From Planctomycetota bacterium (GTDB taxonomy: Bacteria > Planctomycetota > UBA1135 > UBA2386), in contig JAQCBR010000006.1 in NCBI GenBank assembly GCA_027621295.1, positions 3,385 to 67,384 on the forward strand: a DNA stretch of 64,000 nt, read 5' to 3'. Below are positions 46,165 through 54,928 of this stretch, piece by piece. Position numbers and translations under genes: made by a program. Positions within the stretch are counted from its first letter, which is position 1; each line of letters starts with the position of its first letter. The notes below the pieces were generated by a model. That model saw only the letters and a program-made list of their open reading frames with translations, made no database searches and was not told the origin of the DNA.

Positions 46165-46336
46165 GCGCAGAGGGGTGCGTTGGCCTGCCTCGACACGCTC
46201 GGGGGGGCAGCCACTGGCCGAGGCCGGGAAGGCGACGCACCCCGTCGGATGCGCGAGTCAGAAGACGGCCCGAGGGATCGAACCCAACCAGGTCTCTCGT
46301 GGACAGGAGACTGCATGGCTCGCTCCCGATACGCCG

Positions 46337-46360
46337 GGAGGGCGTATGACGACGCCCTCC
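46337..46360 (+). other. Hairpin (9-bp stem GGAGGGCGT/ACGCCCTCC, 6-nt loop) in a 288-nt spacer
   Basis: Read directly from the sequence and followed by GTTTGCC. About 170 nt after the decarboxylase stop and about 90 nt before the next start. Could be a terminator or a leader structure. Confidence 0.3.
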
Positions 46361-46452
46361 GTTTGCCTGCTTGCGCGGGGACACCTGAAGGCGTCCCGCG
46401 GCTAGGTTCGCACCGGGCGGGCCAGAAGCGTCCGGGCCAGGATCGCCATCGA

Positions 46453-47799
46453 TTGCGGGCTCGGATCGGACTCGCGCTCCGAACTGCCGGGCTGGCGCTC
46501 GGTCTGCTGGCAGGCCTCGGCGCGCAGTCGCTGCCGCCGCTCGCCGAGGGCTTCTCGCGGGCCGAGCTGCTGCGCGAGACCGGCTACGCGTTCGGCTTCG
46601 CGGGCTTCACTCCGGGCGTCGCGGAGGGCACGGTCTACTACGCGGTCGGGCACGCGGTCTTCCACCGCGATGCGCAGGGTCTGGTCACGCTCGTCCACGC
46701 GTTCCCGGTGCAGGACCGCTGCGAGATCCTGCTCCGCGACGCAGCGAGCGGGTCGCTGCTGTTCGCCGACAATCGCAGTGGGACGCTGCGGGTCCTCGAG
46801 ATCGCGACCGGCATCCAGACCGTGCGCGGACTCCCGCAGCGCACGTTCGATCTGATCGCGCTGTCGTCGGGAGACCTCCTGGCTTCGGCGAACCCGCTGT
46901 GGCCCGCGCCGAACGCGATCCCCGGCATCTGGCTCGTCGATCCGAACGGCGGACAGAACCACCGCGAGATCGTCAGGCTCGGACCGGGGGCGTCGGGCCC
47001 GCTGGCCGTCGACCCATCGACCGGCGACCTCCACTATGCGACCGCCAGCGCCAGCTACCCGACGCCCCCGGGATCGGTGCGCGTGCTCCGCTTCGGGGCG
47101 GCCCAGGTCGCGGCGGCGATCACCGGCGGGCCGGCGCTGACCGCCGCCGACGCGACGCTGCTCCCCGCCCGCCTCGACGGCGCGTTCGACATCGTGTTCG
47201 ACGACCGCGGGCGACTGCTCGCGTCGAACCCCCGGGATGGCCGCATCGAGGTCGTGCGTCCGGACGGCACCCTCGACCCCGTGCCGCTGTTCGGCGCGCA
47301 GCCCGGCACGAGCACGCTCGGCATGGCGTTCGAGGACCGGGGACCGGCGACGCTCGCCGCCTACCAGCCGAGCGAAGGCGGGGTGCTGTGGGTCGCGACG
47401 AACGACTGGTCGACGCTCGCCGCGGTCCACGCGGTCCGCGCCGCGCGCCCGGTCACGACGTCGGCGAGCGGCCCCACCGCCGTGGCCGGGAGCCTCCGGA
47501 TCGACGCCGACGGCCTGCCCCCGTCGAGCTTCGGGGTGCTCGCGTTCAACATCCTGCCGACCCTGCCCACCGAGATCCCGCTGCGGCTCGGCCCTGCGGA
47601 CGTCCCGCTGTGGTGGGCGCTCGATCCGCAGATGCCCGTGCTCACCGTGCCCTTCGCGTCGGATGCGCTCGGCCGGAGCCAGGTCCCGCTCCCCTACCAG
47701 GGCGGTCTGTCGTGGACGCTCGCGATCCAGCTCGCGGTGCCGACGCCACACCTGACGCTCTGCTCCTCGACCCCGCTCGAGGTCACGCTCCTCCCCTGA
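46453..47799 (+). CDS. Exported protein of unknown function, paralog 1 (448 aa)
   Basis: TTG start at 46453 gives a clean signal peptide (M)RARIGLALRTAGLALGLLAGLGAQS. Shares blocks with the next gene. The track start at 46180 adds an Arg/Gly-rich leader. Confidence 0.65.
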   Translation: MRARIGLALRTAGLALGLLAGLGAQSLPPLAEGFSRAELLRETGYAFGFAGFTPGVAEGTVYYAVGHAVFHRDAQGLVTLVHAFPVQDRCEILLRDAASGSLLFADNRSGTLRVLEIATGIQTVRGLPQRTFDLIALSSGDLLASANPLWPAPNAIPGIWLVDPNGGQNHREIVRLGPGASGPLAVDPSTGDLHYATASASYPTPPGSVRVLRFGAAQVAAAITGGPALTAADATLLPARLDGAFDIVFDDRGRLLASNPRDGRIEVVRPDGTLDPVPLFGAQPGTSTLGMAFEDRGPATLAAYQPSEGGVLWVATNDWSTLAAVHAVRAARPVTTSASGPTAVAGSLRIDADGLPPSSFGVLAFNILPTLPTEIPLRLGPADVPLWWALDPQMPVLTVPFASDALGRSQVPLPYQGGLSWTLAIQLAVPTPHLTLCSSTPLEVTLLP

Positions 47800-47810
47800 T
47801 GGCCCAGCAC

Positions 47811-47850
47811 CAAGACTGATCCCACAACCACAAGACTGATCCCACAACCA
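47811..47850 (+). repeat. Perfect tandem direct repeat, 2 x 20 bp (CAAGACTGATCCCACAACCA)
   Basis: Read directly from the sequence. Lies in the 62-nt spacer between the two paralogs and ends 11 nt before ATG 47862. The unit is clearly less GC-rich than the flanks. Confidence 0.95.
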
Positions 47851-47861
47851 GAAGCGCCCCG

Positions 47862-49190
47862 ATGAAGAACCCCTCCCTCAGCGGCATCCTCGCTGCCCTC
47901 CTCGCCGTGGGCTCGACCCACGCCCAGACGATCGAAGCCGGCTACCGCACGGCCGACCTCGTCCAGCTGCCGGCCGGCTCGGGCCAGGTCGCGATCCTCG
48001 CCGGGAACGCGGGCGTCGTCTGGTTCGACGGGACGAGGCTCGTTCTCCGGGACGCGGGCGGAGCGCAGCGCGAACTCCTCGCGTTCGCGAGCCCGGTCTT
48101 CGGCTCGTTCACGCTGCAGGTCGGACCGACCGAGGTGCTGTTCGGGGAGAGCAGCACCGGCGATCTCTGGCTCGTGTCGACGGTCCCGAACGGCCGGGCC
48201 CCGCGCGTCCTCGCCAACCTGCCGTTCAACTACGACGCGACGCAGATCGATGCGGACGCGGTCCTCGTCTCCGCGAAGACCGGCGGCTTCTCGACGCCGG
48301 ACAACGACATCGTCCACGTCGACCTGGTGACCGGCGGCACCCAGGTCGCCGCACGCGTCGACGGCGCGAGCGGCCCGCTGACCTGGACGCGGAACGGTCT
48401 GTACTACGCGACGTCGAGCCTGAGCTTTCCGCCTCCCCCGGGATCGGTGCAGGTGCTGCTCTGGACCCCGCTCCAGATCCAGCTGAACCTCGGCAACCGC
48501 GTGCTGACCGCGGCCGACGCGGTGCTGGTCGCGGACGGCATCGACGCCGCGGGTGACCTCGCGGTCGACGGCGACTTCGACGTGCTGGTCACCGACTGGA
48601 TGCACGGCACCGTGCACGAGGTCAGCATCGGCTTCCGCGCCGGCCGCAACGACGTGGTGCGCCGCTCCGACCTCGTCACCTACGACCCCACGGCGCCCCA
48701 GCCCTCGGGCCTGCTCTGGCAGGCTGGCCCGCCGTGGTCCGGCGAGTTCGAACCCTGGCAGCCGAGCAACGCGGGCTCGCTCTTCGTCCACGAGTCGACC
48801 TTCGGCGGCGCGAGCCAGGTCCGCCGCATCGTGCCCGCGCGGCCCGTGACCGGCGCGCCGATGAACGCGCCGGCCGGCAGCTTCGACGTGGTGACGACCG
48901 GGGGACCTGCGCACGGGACAGGCCTGATCGCCGTCGGTCCGAACCCGCGCCAGAACGAGGGTCCGTTCCCGGTGCCCGGCTTCGAACAGATGATTCTCTG
49001 GGACCCGACGATGTTCTTCGCTTGGGACGTGCTCCCGGTCACGTTCGACGCGCACGGAACTGCGACGCTGCGGCTGTTCAACCCCGGCATCGGCGGCAAC
49101 GGCTCGCAGATCGGCATGCAGTGCGCGTTCGTCGACGCACAGGGCGTGGTGATCGGGTCCGCCGCACCGATCGCCGTCGGGCTGCGCTGA
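47862..49190 (+). CDS. Exported protein of unknown function, paralog 2 (442 aa)
   Basis: Signal peptide MKNPSLSGILAALLAVGSTHAQ. Blocks shared with paralog 1: ASGPL..YATSS.S.PPPPGSVQVL, VLTAADAVL, IVPARPVT. Confidence 0.75.
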   Translation: MKNPSLSGILAALLAVGSTHAQTIEAGYRTADLVQLPAGSGQVAILAGNAGVVWFDGTRLVLRDAGGAQRELLAFASPVFGSFTLQVGPTEVLFGESSTGDLWLVSTVPNGRAPRVLANLPFNYDATQIDADAVLVSAKTGGFSTPDNDIVHVDLVTGGTQVAARVDGASGPLTWTRNGLYYATSSLSFPPPPGSVQVLLWTPLQIQLNLGNRVLTAADAVLVADGIDAAGDLAVDGDFDVLVTDWMHGTVHEVSIGFRAGRNDVVRRSDLVTYDPTAPQPSGLLWQAGPPWSGEFEPWQPSNAGSLFVHESTFGGASQVRRIVPARPVTGAPMNAPAGSFDVVTTGGPAHGTGLIAVGPNPRQNEGPFPVPGFEQMILWDPTMFFAWDVLPVTFDAHGTATLRLFNPGIGGNGSQIGMQCAFVDAQGVVIGSAAPIAVGLR

Positions 49191-49236
49191 CGGATCCGGG
49201 GATGTGCTGCCGGCGGCGCGCGGAGAACCCGCGGCG

Positions 49237-50031
49237 TCAGCCCTGCCGGAAGCGCTTGGGGACGAACCGCCACATCCCGTCCCCGAGCCAGCGCCGCGTC
49301 CGGAACAGCGAGTAGGCGTGCCGGAACGCTTCCTCGTCCGGCGCGTAGCGGTGCTGGGCGCCGAGCGGACAGGCCCGCAGCGTGTCGCAGCCGGTCACGC
49401 ACCCGCCGCCGAGGCGGTGCCGGGCGCAGGCCAACAGGTCGGGAGTGCCGGGCTGCCGGTAGGTCTCCGACGGACACGCGGCGCGGCAGGGCTGGGGACA
49501 GCCGCCGCACGGCTCGAAGTCGAGGAGAGGCGCGGGCGGCCGCGAGCCGAACGGACGACCGCGGACCAGGAGTGCGGTCCGGAGGCTCAGCCACGGCCCG
49601 AACACCGGGTGGAGCAGGTGGCCGATCACCGGCGAGATCGTCCCGAAGCCGACCTGCTCGGCGAGCTGCCGGAAGTTCATCGGCCGCTGCTCGTCCGGCA
49701 GCACGACCACGACCTCGCAGCCGAGCGCGCGGAGCCGCGCGGCCGCCTGCTCGGCCAAGGCGAGGCTCCACGCGTCGATCGGGTGGTAGTCGTGGCGTGC
49801 GTCCCCCACCCGGCCGCCTTCCCGCGCCTTCACGGCTTCCCAAGCGGCCCGACCGCCGGCCCCGAGAAGCACGATCGTGTCGCAGTCCTGGAGGCGCTCC
49901 GCCGCGCGGCGCCCACACGGCTGTGACGCGTCGAAGGTAGCCGCGTCCACGACGCCGACGAGGTTCATCCCCATCGCCGCGCATTCTGCGGTCAGTCGTT
50001 GGAGCGGGTCGTGATCGGACGGGACGGCCAC
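49237..50031 (-). CDS. 4Fe-4S cluster protein related to the epoxyqueuosine reductase / reductive dehalogenase superfamily
   Basis: NFRQLAEQVGFGTISPVIGHLLHPVFGPWLSLRTALL resembles the QueG/RdhA core. Cys cluster CGGCPQPCRAACP plus further Cys. GTG start at 50031 (alternative ATG 49974). Confidence 0.55.
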   Translation of the reverse strand: MAVPSDHDPLQRLTAECAAMGMNLVGVVDAATFDASQPCGRRAAERLQDCDTIVLLGAGGRAAWEAVKAREGGRVGDARHDYHPIDAWSLALAEQAAARLRALGCEVVVVLPDEQRPMNFRQLAEQVGFGTISPVIGHLLHPVFGPWLSLRTALLVRGRPFGSRPPAPLLDFEPCGGCPQPCRAACPSETYRQPGTPDLLACARHRLGGGCVTGCDTLRACPLGAQHRYAPDEEAFRHAYSLFRTRRWLGDGMWRFVPKRFRQG

Positions 50032-50949
50032 AGGCGCGGAAGATCGGCCGGGACCCGCTCGGACTCAAGTCGCGACCCGTACCAGCTGGCCGACTCCGGC
50101 AGCCGGGGATCCGCTATCCTCCCGAATCCACCCCGATCCCCGGAGGCTCCCATCCGCACCCTCGGCACTGCCGTTCTCCTGACCCTGCTGACGACCCTCG
50201 CGGCGATCGCCGGCTGGGCGGGCCTCTACGCGTGGCACCTCCCGACGCCGCGGTACGCGGGCCCGCTCGGCCAGGTCGAGATGCCCGCGCCCGTCGAGGT
50301 CACCGCCCTGCAGTTCCCGAACGCGCCCGCGCGCGCGGTGCCGGCGTCCGTCCGGCTCGTCAGCGGGGCCGAGCAGCTCACCGGCGAGGTCCACGTCGCG
50401 GTCGGAGGCGCTGGCGCCGGCGAGGTCGTGACGATCCTCGACGGAACGACCTCGGGCGTGCTCGCCCAGGCACCGGTTCCTGCCGAGGGCGAAGTGACTT
50501 TCTCGGCGATTCCCGCAGGCAAGCACGTCGCCTACGTCCACGCGCGATCGACCCCACCGCGGCGCGGGTACCGCGCCCGCGGCACCGTGGAGCTGCCGGA
50601 GAACGTCTCGCCGCGGCACACCTCGATCACGCTCGACGCAACGGCGCAGGACACCGTGCTCCTCGTCGAACGCACGGACCTGCCGACGGAGCCCGCATGG
50701 CACGCAGCGACCGCGGTGCTCCATCGCGTCGACGATCCGGGGTTCTGCGCGTTCCCGATCGAGGGTGCCGCCCGCTCGTTCGAGCCCGGCAGTGCGGACG
50801 TGGTGTTCGAGTTCGAGGCGCTCGGACCAGGGCGCTACCGAGTGGCTTTCGACGGCTTCGAACCGGCCGAGCCGGTCGAGTTCGACGTCCCAGGCGCAGA
50901 CCTGCAGTTCGCGACCGGCGCGACGCGCCGGCTCACGACTCGGCGCTGA
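49999..50949 (+). CDS. Hypothetical single-pass membrane protein with beta-rich ectodomain
   Basis: TM helix LGTAVLLTLLTTLAAIAGWAGLYAW. Start uncertain: only TTG 49999 and GTG 50011 precede the helix, and both overlap the 5' end of the divergent gene. Confidence 0.45.
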   Translation: MERVVIGRDGHRRGRSAGTRSDSSRDPYQLADSGSRGSAILPNPPRSPEAPIRTLGTAVLLTLLTTLAAIAGWAGLYAWHLPTPRYAGPLGQVEMPAPVEVTALQFPNAPARAVPASVRLVSGAEQLTGEVHVAVGGAGAGEVVTILDGTTSGVLAQAPVPAEGEVTFSAIPAGKHVAYVHARSTPPRRGYRARGTVELPENVSPRHTSITLDATAQDTVLLVERTDLPTEPAWHAATAVLHRVDDPGFCAFPIEGAARSFEPGSADVVFEFEALGPGRYRVAFDGFEPAEPVEFDVPGADLQFATGATRRLTTRR

Positions 50950-51769
50950 CCAGTCGTCCGCGACGCACCGTGTAGAGCTCCGCCGAAACGGGCTCGGCCG
51001 CACGGCTCGCCACCGTCGCAACCTCACGCCGGAGGGCGCCGATGTCGACGATCTTCTCCGCGCCCGCGAGCCAGAGGACGTCGCGGCTCGGCACGGCGAG
51101 CAGCAGGCCTTCCGCGTGGAACGGGTCGAGCAGCAGGACGCGCGCGGCGTCGTAGCCATCACCACGGCTCACCGCGGTCCCCTCACGACCTGGCCCCGTG
51201 CGGACCGCGCAGTCCTCGCTGCACTCCGCGAGGTTGGCGAGCGCACGTTCGTCCACGTCATCGAGGGAGCGTCCCCAGGCGCGCGCATGGCGACGTGCGA
51301 CGAACGTCATCGCATCGCCCCGATCGACCACGTAGCAGACGACGAGGTCCGCGCCGAGGGGGCGATGCAGCAGGGCCGCAGGGCCGAAGCGCGCCTTCTG
51401 TGCGGTGAGCCACGCCTCGGTGCGGATCTGCGGCATCAGGTAGGGCGCGACCGCCGACCAGACGTCGCGGCCCGGATCGTCCAGACGGTCCCGCTCGTCG
51501 CGCACCATCGCGGCGACGAGGGTCGGGAACGACGCCGGGTCCTCTTCGCAGGCGGCGACCAGCCCTCCCACCGGGATCACGGTCTCCTGACCCGAGACCC
51601 GGCACCGGATCGTCGCGCCCTCGAAGTCCTCTCCGAGCCATTCGACGTCCGGGTGCCGCCACGCGACCTGCCGCCGGATGCGCCGGATCCACGCGCGCTC
51701 CGTCCGTCGCGAAGACGGCCAGAGCGCCACGCCGAGCGCCGCGATCCCGAGACAGGCTGAGGCCCACAC
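50933..51769 (-). CDS. Hypothetical protein, possibly DUF1444/UPF0354-like
   Basis: N-terminal hydrophobic segment, then a soluble domain. Family guess from overall pattern only. GTG start. Confidence 0.5.
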   Translation of the reverse strand: MWASACLGIAALGVALWPSSRRTERAWIRRIRRQVAWRHPDVEWLGEDFEGATIRCRVSGQETVIPVGGLVAACEEDPASFPTLVAAMVRDERDRLDDPGRDVWSAVAPYLMPQIRTEAWLTAQKARFGPAALLHRPLGADLVVCYVVDRGDAMTFVARRHARAWGRSLDDVDERALANLAECSEDCAVRTGPGREGTAVSRGDGYDAARVLLLDPFHAEGLLLAVPSRDVLWLAGAEKIVDIGALRREVATVASRAAEPVSAELYTVRRGRLVSAES

Positions 51770-51902
51770 TCCCTATCCATCGGCAGTTCCGCGCCGCAGG
51801 TTGACGCAACGTCACCCTGCCCGGACGCTGTCGGCCCGATTCGGGGGGGACAGACCTGCCCCCGACCCGACCGCTAGAACCGCCGACACCGAGGGGGTCC
51901 TG

Positions 51903-53678
51903 ATGACGAGCGCCGGAATCCGTCAGAACGAGACGCCCTCCACCCATCCCGCCCGGGCCAGCTACCGACTGCGCATCGAGAGCGACGCCGACAGTCGGTC
52001 GGTCTCCCTCGACCGCCCCAGGACCGTGATCGGACGGGCGCTCGACTGTGACGTGGTGCTCGCGGACCCGACCGTCAGCCGTCGGCACGCGGTGCTGGAG
52101 TTCGAGGACGGAAGGATCAGCTTCCGGGACCTGGGCGGCACCAACGTCTGCCAAGTGGACGGCAGGCCTTCGTCGGGAGGGCTGCTGCATCCCGGCGCGG
52201 TGCTGCTCGTCGGTGCCACGCGCCTGACGCTGGAGGCAGAGCCGGAGCGACGTGCGAGGACGGTCGCGCCGATCGAACGGACCGAACGGATGCTGCAGCG
52301 GGCTCCGCCGGAGCCGAAGGTCGACCTGCTCGGCGCGGAGGAGGTCCTGGCCGCAGTCACGCCGCCGCCGACCGACAACCGCGACCTCGTGGTCGCCGTG
52401 GCCGGTCATCTCCTCCAGGCCGCACTCCGCCTCACGCACCGCCGTTCCGGCGCGATCGTCGTCGCGAGGAGCCCGGTACGGGTCATCGCGTCGGTGCCCG
52501 CGGACCCCGCTCTGCTGAACCTGCCGGGCGAGGTCACCGAGGGGTTCGATGCGCCCGTCTGCCTCGCCCCCGATCCGACCGACCCGGCGCGCGGCGAACG
52601 ACTGATCGTGCCGATCGACCTCGACGCCGGGGCCGCTCTGATCGTCGGCGACCCGGAGTCCGGGGCACTGTCCTCGGAAGCTGCGCTCCGACTCCTCGCC
52701 GTCCTGGCTCCCTGGACGAAGCGTTGGCTCGAGGACGCAGAGCGCCGGGCGAAGGAGCTCAGGGAGCTCGCGCAGACCCGCTTCCAGCAGTCGTTCGCGG
52801 CGCGGACCGCCCAGACCTCGGTCCGATTGGGCGCGCTGCGACACCAGATCGCCGAGGCGGCGACCGCGTCCGCGCCCGTACTCCTCCTGGGCGAAGAGGG
52901 CTGTGAGGCGGAGGAGATCGCGCTGCTCTACCACGAGAGGAGCGCGTCGCCGGCCGGCCCCTTCGTCCGCTGCTACGCGCGGCTCCTGCCGCCACAGAGG
53001 ATCGCGACCGAGCTCGGACTGGGCCAAGAAGTCGAGGAGGGCGCCGGCAGCTGTGCGACCCGGGCCCGAAACGGCACGCTGTTCGTCGACTGTCCCGAAG
53101 CGCTCCCCCCCGCGCTGCAGCGCCGGCTCGCCGAGGTGCTCGCGCAGGCCGAGAGTCCGCGGGCCGAGGGGTTCCGCGTCGTCCTGTCCGTGATGCCCAA
53201 TGCCAAGGGCGGCCTGCCCTCGTTGGAGCCCTCGCTGGTGAAGCTGCTGGAGAGCTACTTGATGGCGAGGATCCCACCCCTCCGCACGTCGCCGCAGGAC
53301 ATCGCACACCTCATCGAGGTGATCCTCGGCGACCTCGGACCTCGCACCGACGGTTCGCAGCGCCAGCTCAGCGCGGAAGCGCAGCGCACGCTGACCGCCT
53401 ACCACTGGCCCGGCAACGTGCGGCAGCTGACGCGGGCGCTCGAGACGGCCGCCGCGCGCGCCGGAGATGCAGAGATCGACGCGCGCCACCTCCCGACCGA
53501 GGTCCAGGACCCGAGCTCGCGCAGCATCCGCGTGCAGCCACTGCGCGAGGTCGAGCGGGACCACATCCTGCGGGCCCTGGCCATGTGCGGAGGCCACAAG
53601 ACTCGAGCGGCCAGGAAGCTCGGGATCTCGGCCTCGACGCTGCACGAGAAGCTGCGGCGCTACGCGCACGGCGAGTGA
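51903..53678 (+). CDS. FHA - GAF-like - degenerate sigma54-interaction (AAA+) - Fis-type HTH regulator (591 aa)
   Basis: FHA: VIGR...VSRRHA...RDLGGTNVCQVDG. AAA+ alignable to NtrC but degenerate (see findings). WPGNVRQL retained. HTH: HKTRAARKLGISASTLHEKLRRY. Inner ATG of track ORF 51678..53678. Confidence 0.8.
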   Translation: MTSAGIRQNETPSTHPARASYRLRIESDADSRSVSLDRPRTVIGRALDCDVVLADPTVSRRHAVLEFEDGRISFRDLGGTNVCQVDGRPSSGGLLHPGAVLLVGATRLTLEAEPERRARTVAPIERTERMLQRAPPEPKVDLLGAEEVLAAVTPPPTDNRDLVVAVAGHLLQAALRLTHRRSGAIVVARSPVRVIASVPADPALLNLPGEVTEGFDAPVCLAPDPTDPARGERLIVPIDLDAGAALIVGDPESGALSSEAALRLLAVLAPWTKRWLEDAERRAKELRELAQTRFQQSFAARTAQTSVRLGALRHQIAEAATASAPVLLLGEEGCEAEEIALLYHERSASPAGPFVRCYARLLPPQRIATELGLGQEVEEGAGSCATRARNGTLFVDCPEALPPALQRRLAEVLAQAESPRAEGFRVVLSVMPNAKGGLPSLEPSLVKLLESYLMARIPPLRTSPQDIAHLIEVILGDLGPRTDGSQRQLSAEAQRTLTAYHWPGNVRQLTRALETAAARAGDAEIDARHLPTEVQDPSSRSIRVQPLREVERDHILRALAMCGGHKTRAARKLGISASTLHEKLRRYAHGE

Positions 53679-53753
53679 CCGGAGGTCGTTCGCCGCGGCA
53701 ACGGCAGCGTCCGGGCGAACGGGTCGCCGTGTTAGGCTGCGCGCCCGCCCGCC

Positions 53754-54914
53754 ATGTCCGAAGACACGATCTATCTCGACCACGCCGCGACGACGCGGCC
53801 CTTCGCGAGCGTCACGCAGACCATCGCCGACACACAACGCCAGCTGTTCGGCAACCCGTCCTCGCAGCACGCCGCCGGACGCGCGGCGAAGAAGCTGCTC
53901 GAGGACGCGAGGGCATTCCTGCGGGGCAGCCTCGGCGCGGCGGACCTCGTCTTCACTTCGGGTGGGACCGAGGCCGACCAGCTCGGCGTGGTGGGCCCGG
54001 CATTCTCCCGCCCTCCGGGCCGGGTCCTCGCCGCAGCGAGCGACCACGCAGCGGTGCTCGGGCTCGAGCGCGTTCTCGCGGCACGGCGCTACGGCCTGGT
54101 TCGCGTGCCCGTCACGCCCGAGGGCGACATCGATCCCGAGACGCTGTTCGAGCACCTCGGCAAGGACGTGCGGGTCGTGTCCCTCCTGCACGGACACAAC
54201 GAGCTCGGCACGCTGTGCCGGCTGGACGAACTGGTCGAAGTCGTCCGGCACGTCGCACCCGAAGCCCACATCCACGTCGACCTCGTCCAGAGCTACGGCA
54301 AGATCGACTTCGATCTCGACCTCGCCGGCGTCGATTCGGTCGCCGTGTCCGGCCACAAGCTGCACGGACCGCGCGGGATCGGCTTCCTGGCGACATCGAG
54401 CACGGCGCGCTACCAGCCGCTGATCGAGGGCGGCGGCCAAGAGGGCGGGCGCCGCGGTGGGACCGAGAACGTGCCGGGCGCCGTCGGCCTCGCTCGCGCC
54501 GCCGAACGCATGCTGACCCACCTCGGTCGGAACGCCGAGCACTGTGAGCGTCTCGCCGCGCGCTTCTTCGACGCCGTGGTCGACGAGTTCCCGGACGCCA
54601 TGCGCCTCGGCGCGCAGGACCGTCGGGTCCCGCACATCCTCTCGATGCGAATCCCCGGAGTCGTCGGACAGACGCTCCAGCAGCGCGTCGACACGCGTGG
54701 GCTGTCGATCTCGACCGGCTCCGCCTGCCACGACGGCAAATCGGGAACGAGCCACGTGCTCGAAGCGATCGGACTCTCGACGCGTGACGCCCGCGAGGTG
54801 GTGCGGGTGTCCTTCTCCGCGGAGACGACCTACGACGAAGCCGAGCGGGCGGTCGACATCCTCGTCGCCGAAGCAGACCGACTCCTGCACCTCGCCGGAG
54901 GGGCCTCGCGTTGA
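53754..54914 (+). CDS. Cysteine desulfurase (NifS/IscS class V aminotransferase)
   Basis: IYLDHAATT, FTSGGTEA, PLP-lysine SGHKLHGPRGIG, active-site STGSACH. Confidence 0.9.
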   Translation: MSEDTIYLDHAATTRPFASVTQTIADTQRQLFGNPSSQHAAGRAAKKLLEDARAFLRGSLGAADLVFTSGGTEADQLGVVGPAFSRPPGRVLAAASDHAAVLGLERVLAARRYGLVRVPVTPEGDIDPETLFEHLGKDVRVVSLLHGHNELGTLCRLDELVEVVRHVAPEAHIHVDLVQSYGKIDFDLDLAGVDSVAVSGHKLHGPRGIGFLATSSTARYQPLIEGGGQEGGRRGGTENVPGAVGLARAAERMLTHLGRNAEHCERLAARFFDAVVDEFPDAMRLGAQDRRVPHILSMRIPGVVGQTLQQRVDTRGLSISTGSACHDGKSGTSHVLEAIGLSTRDAREVVRVSFSAETTYDEAERAVDILVAEADRLLHLAGGASR

Positions 54915-54928
54915 CCAAGGTCGACGGC

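Noticed and set aside
46220-46239. GAGGCCGGGAAGGCGACGC, loosely resembling the SRP (4.5S) RNA domain IV GGAA tetraloop region
   Set aside because: The conserved GGAAGCAGC 3' side and the symmetric-loop residues are not present, and closing helix pairing to a 5'/3' terminal stem was not found. An Infernal scan would be needed to revive this.
46274-46285. GGGATCGAACCC, which resembles the reverse complement of a tRNA T-arm
   Set aside because: The flanking bases give only 3 bp of T-stem pairing. I could not build an acceptor, D or anticodon arm on either strand. Not a tRNA, at most a chance match.
51258-54890. 1210-aa minus-strand ORF
   Set aside because: Antisense to the FHA regulator and the cysteine desulfurase, both of which have clear motifs. 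Arg/Gly/Asp-rich translation. Shadow ORF.
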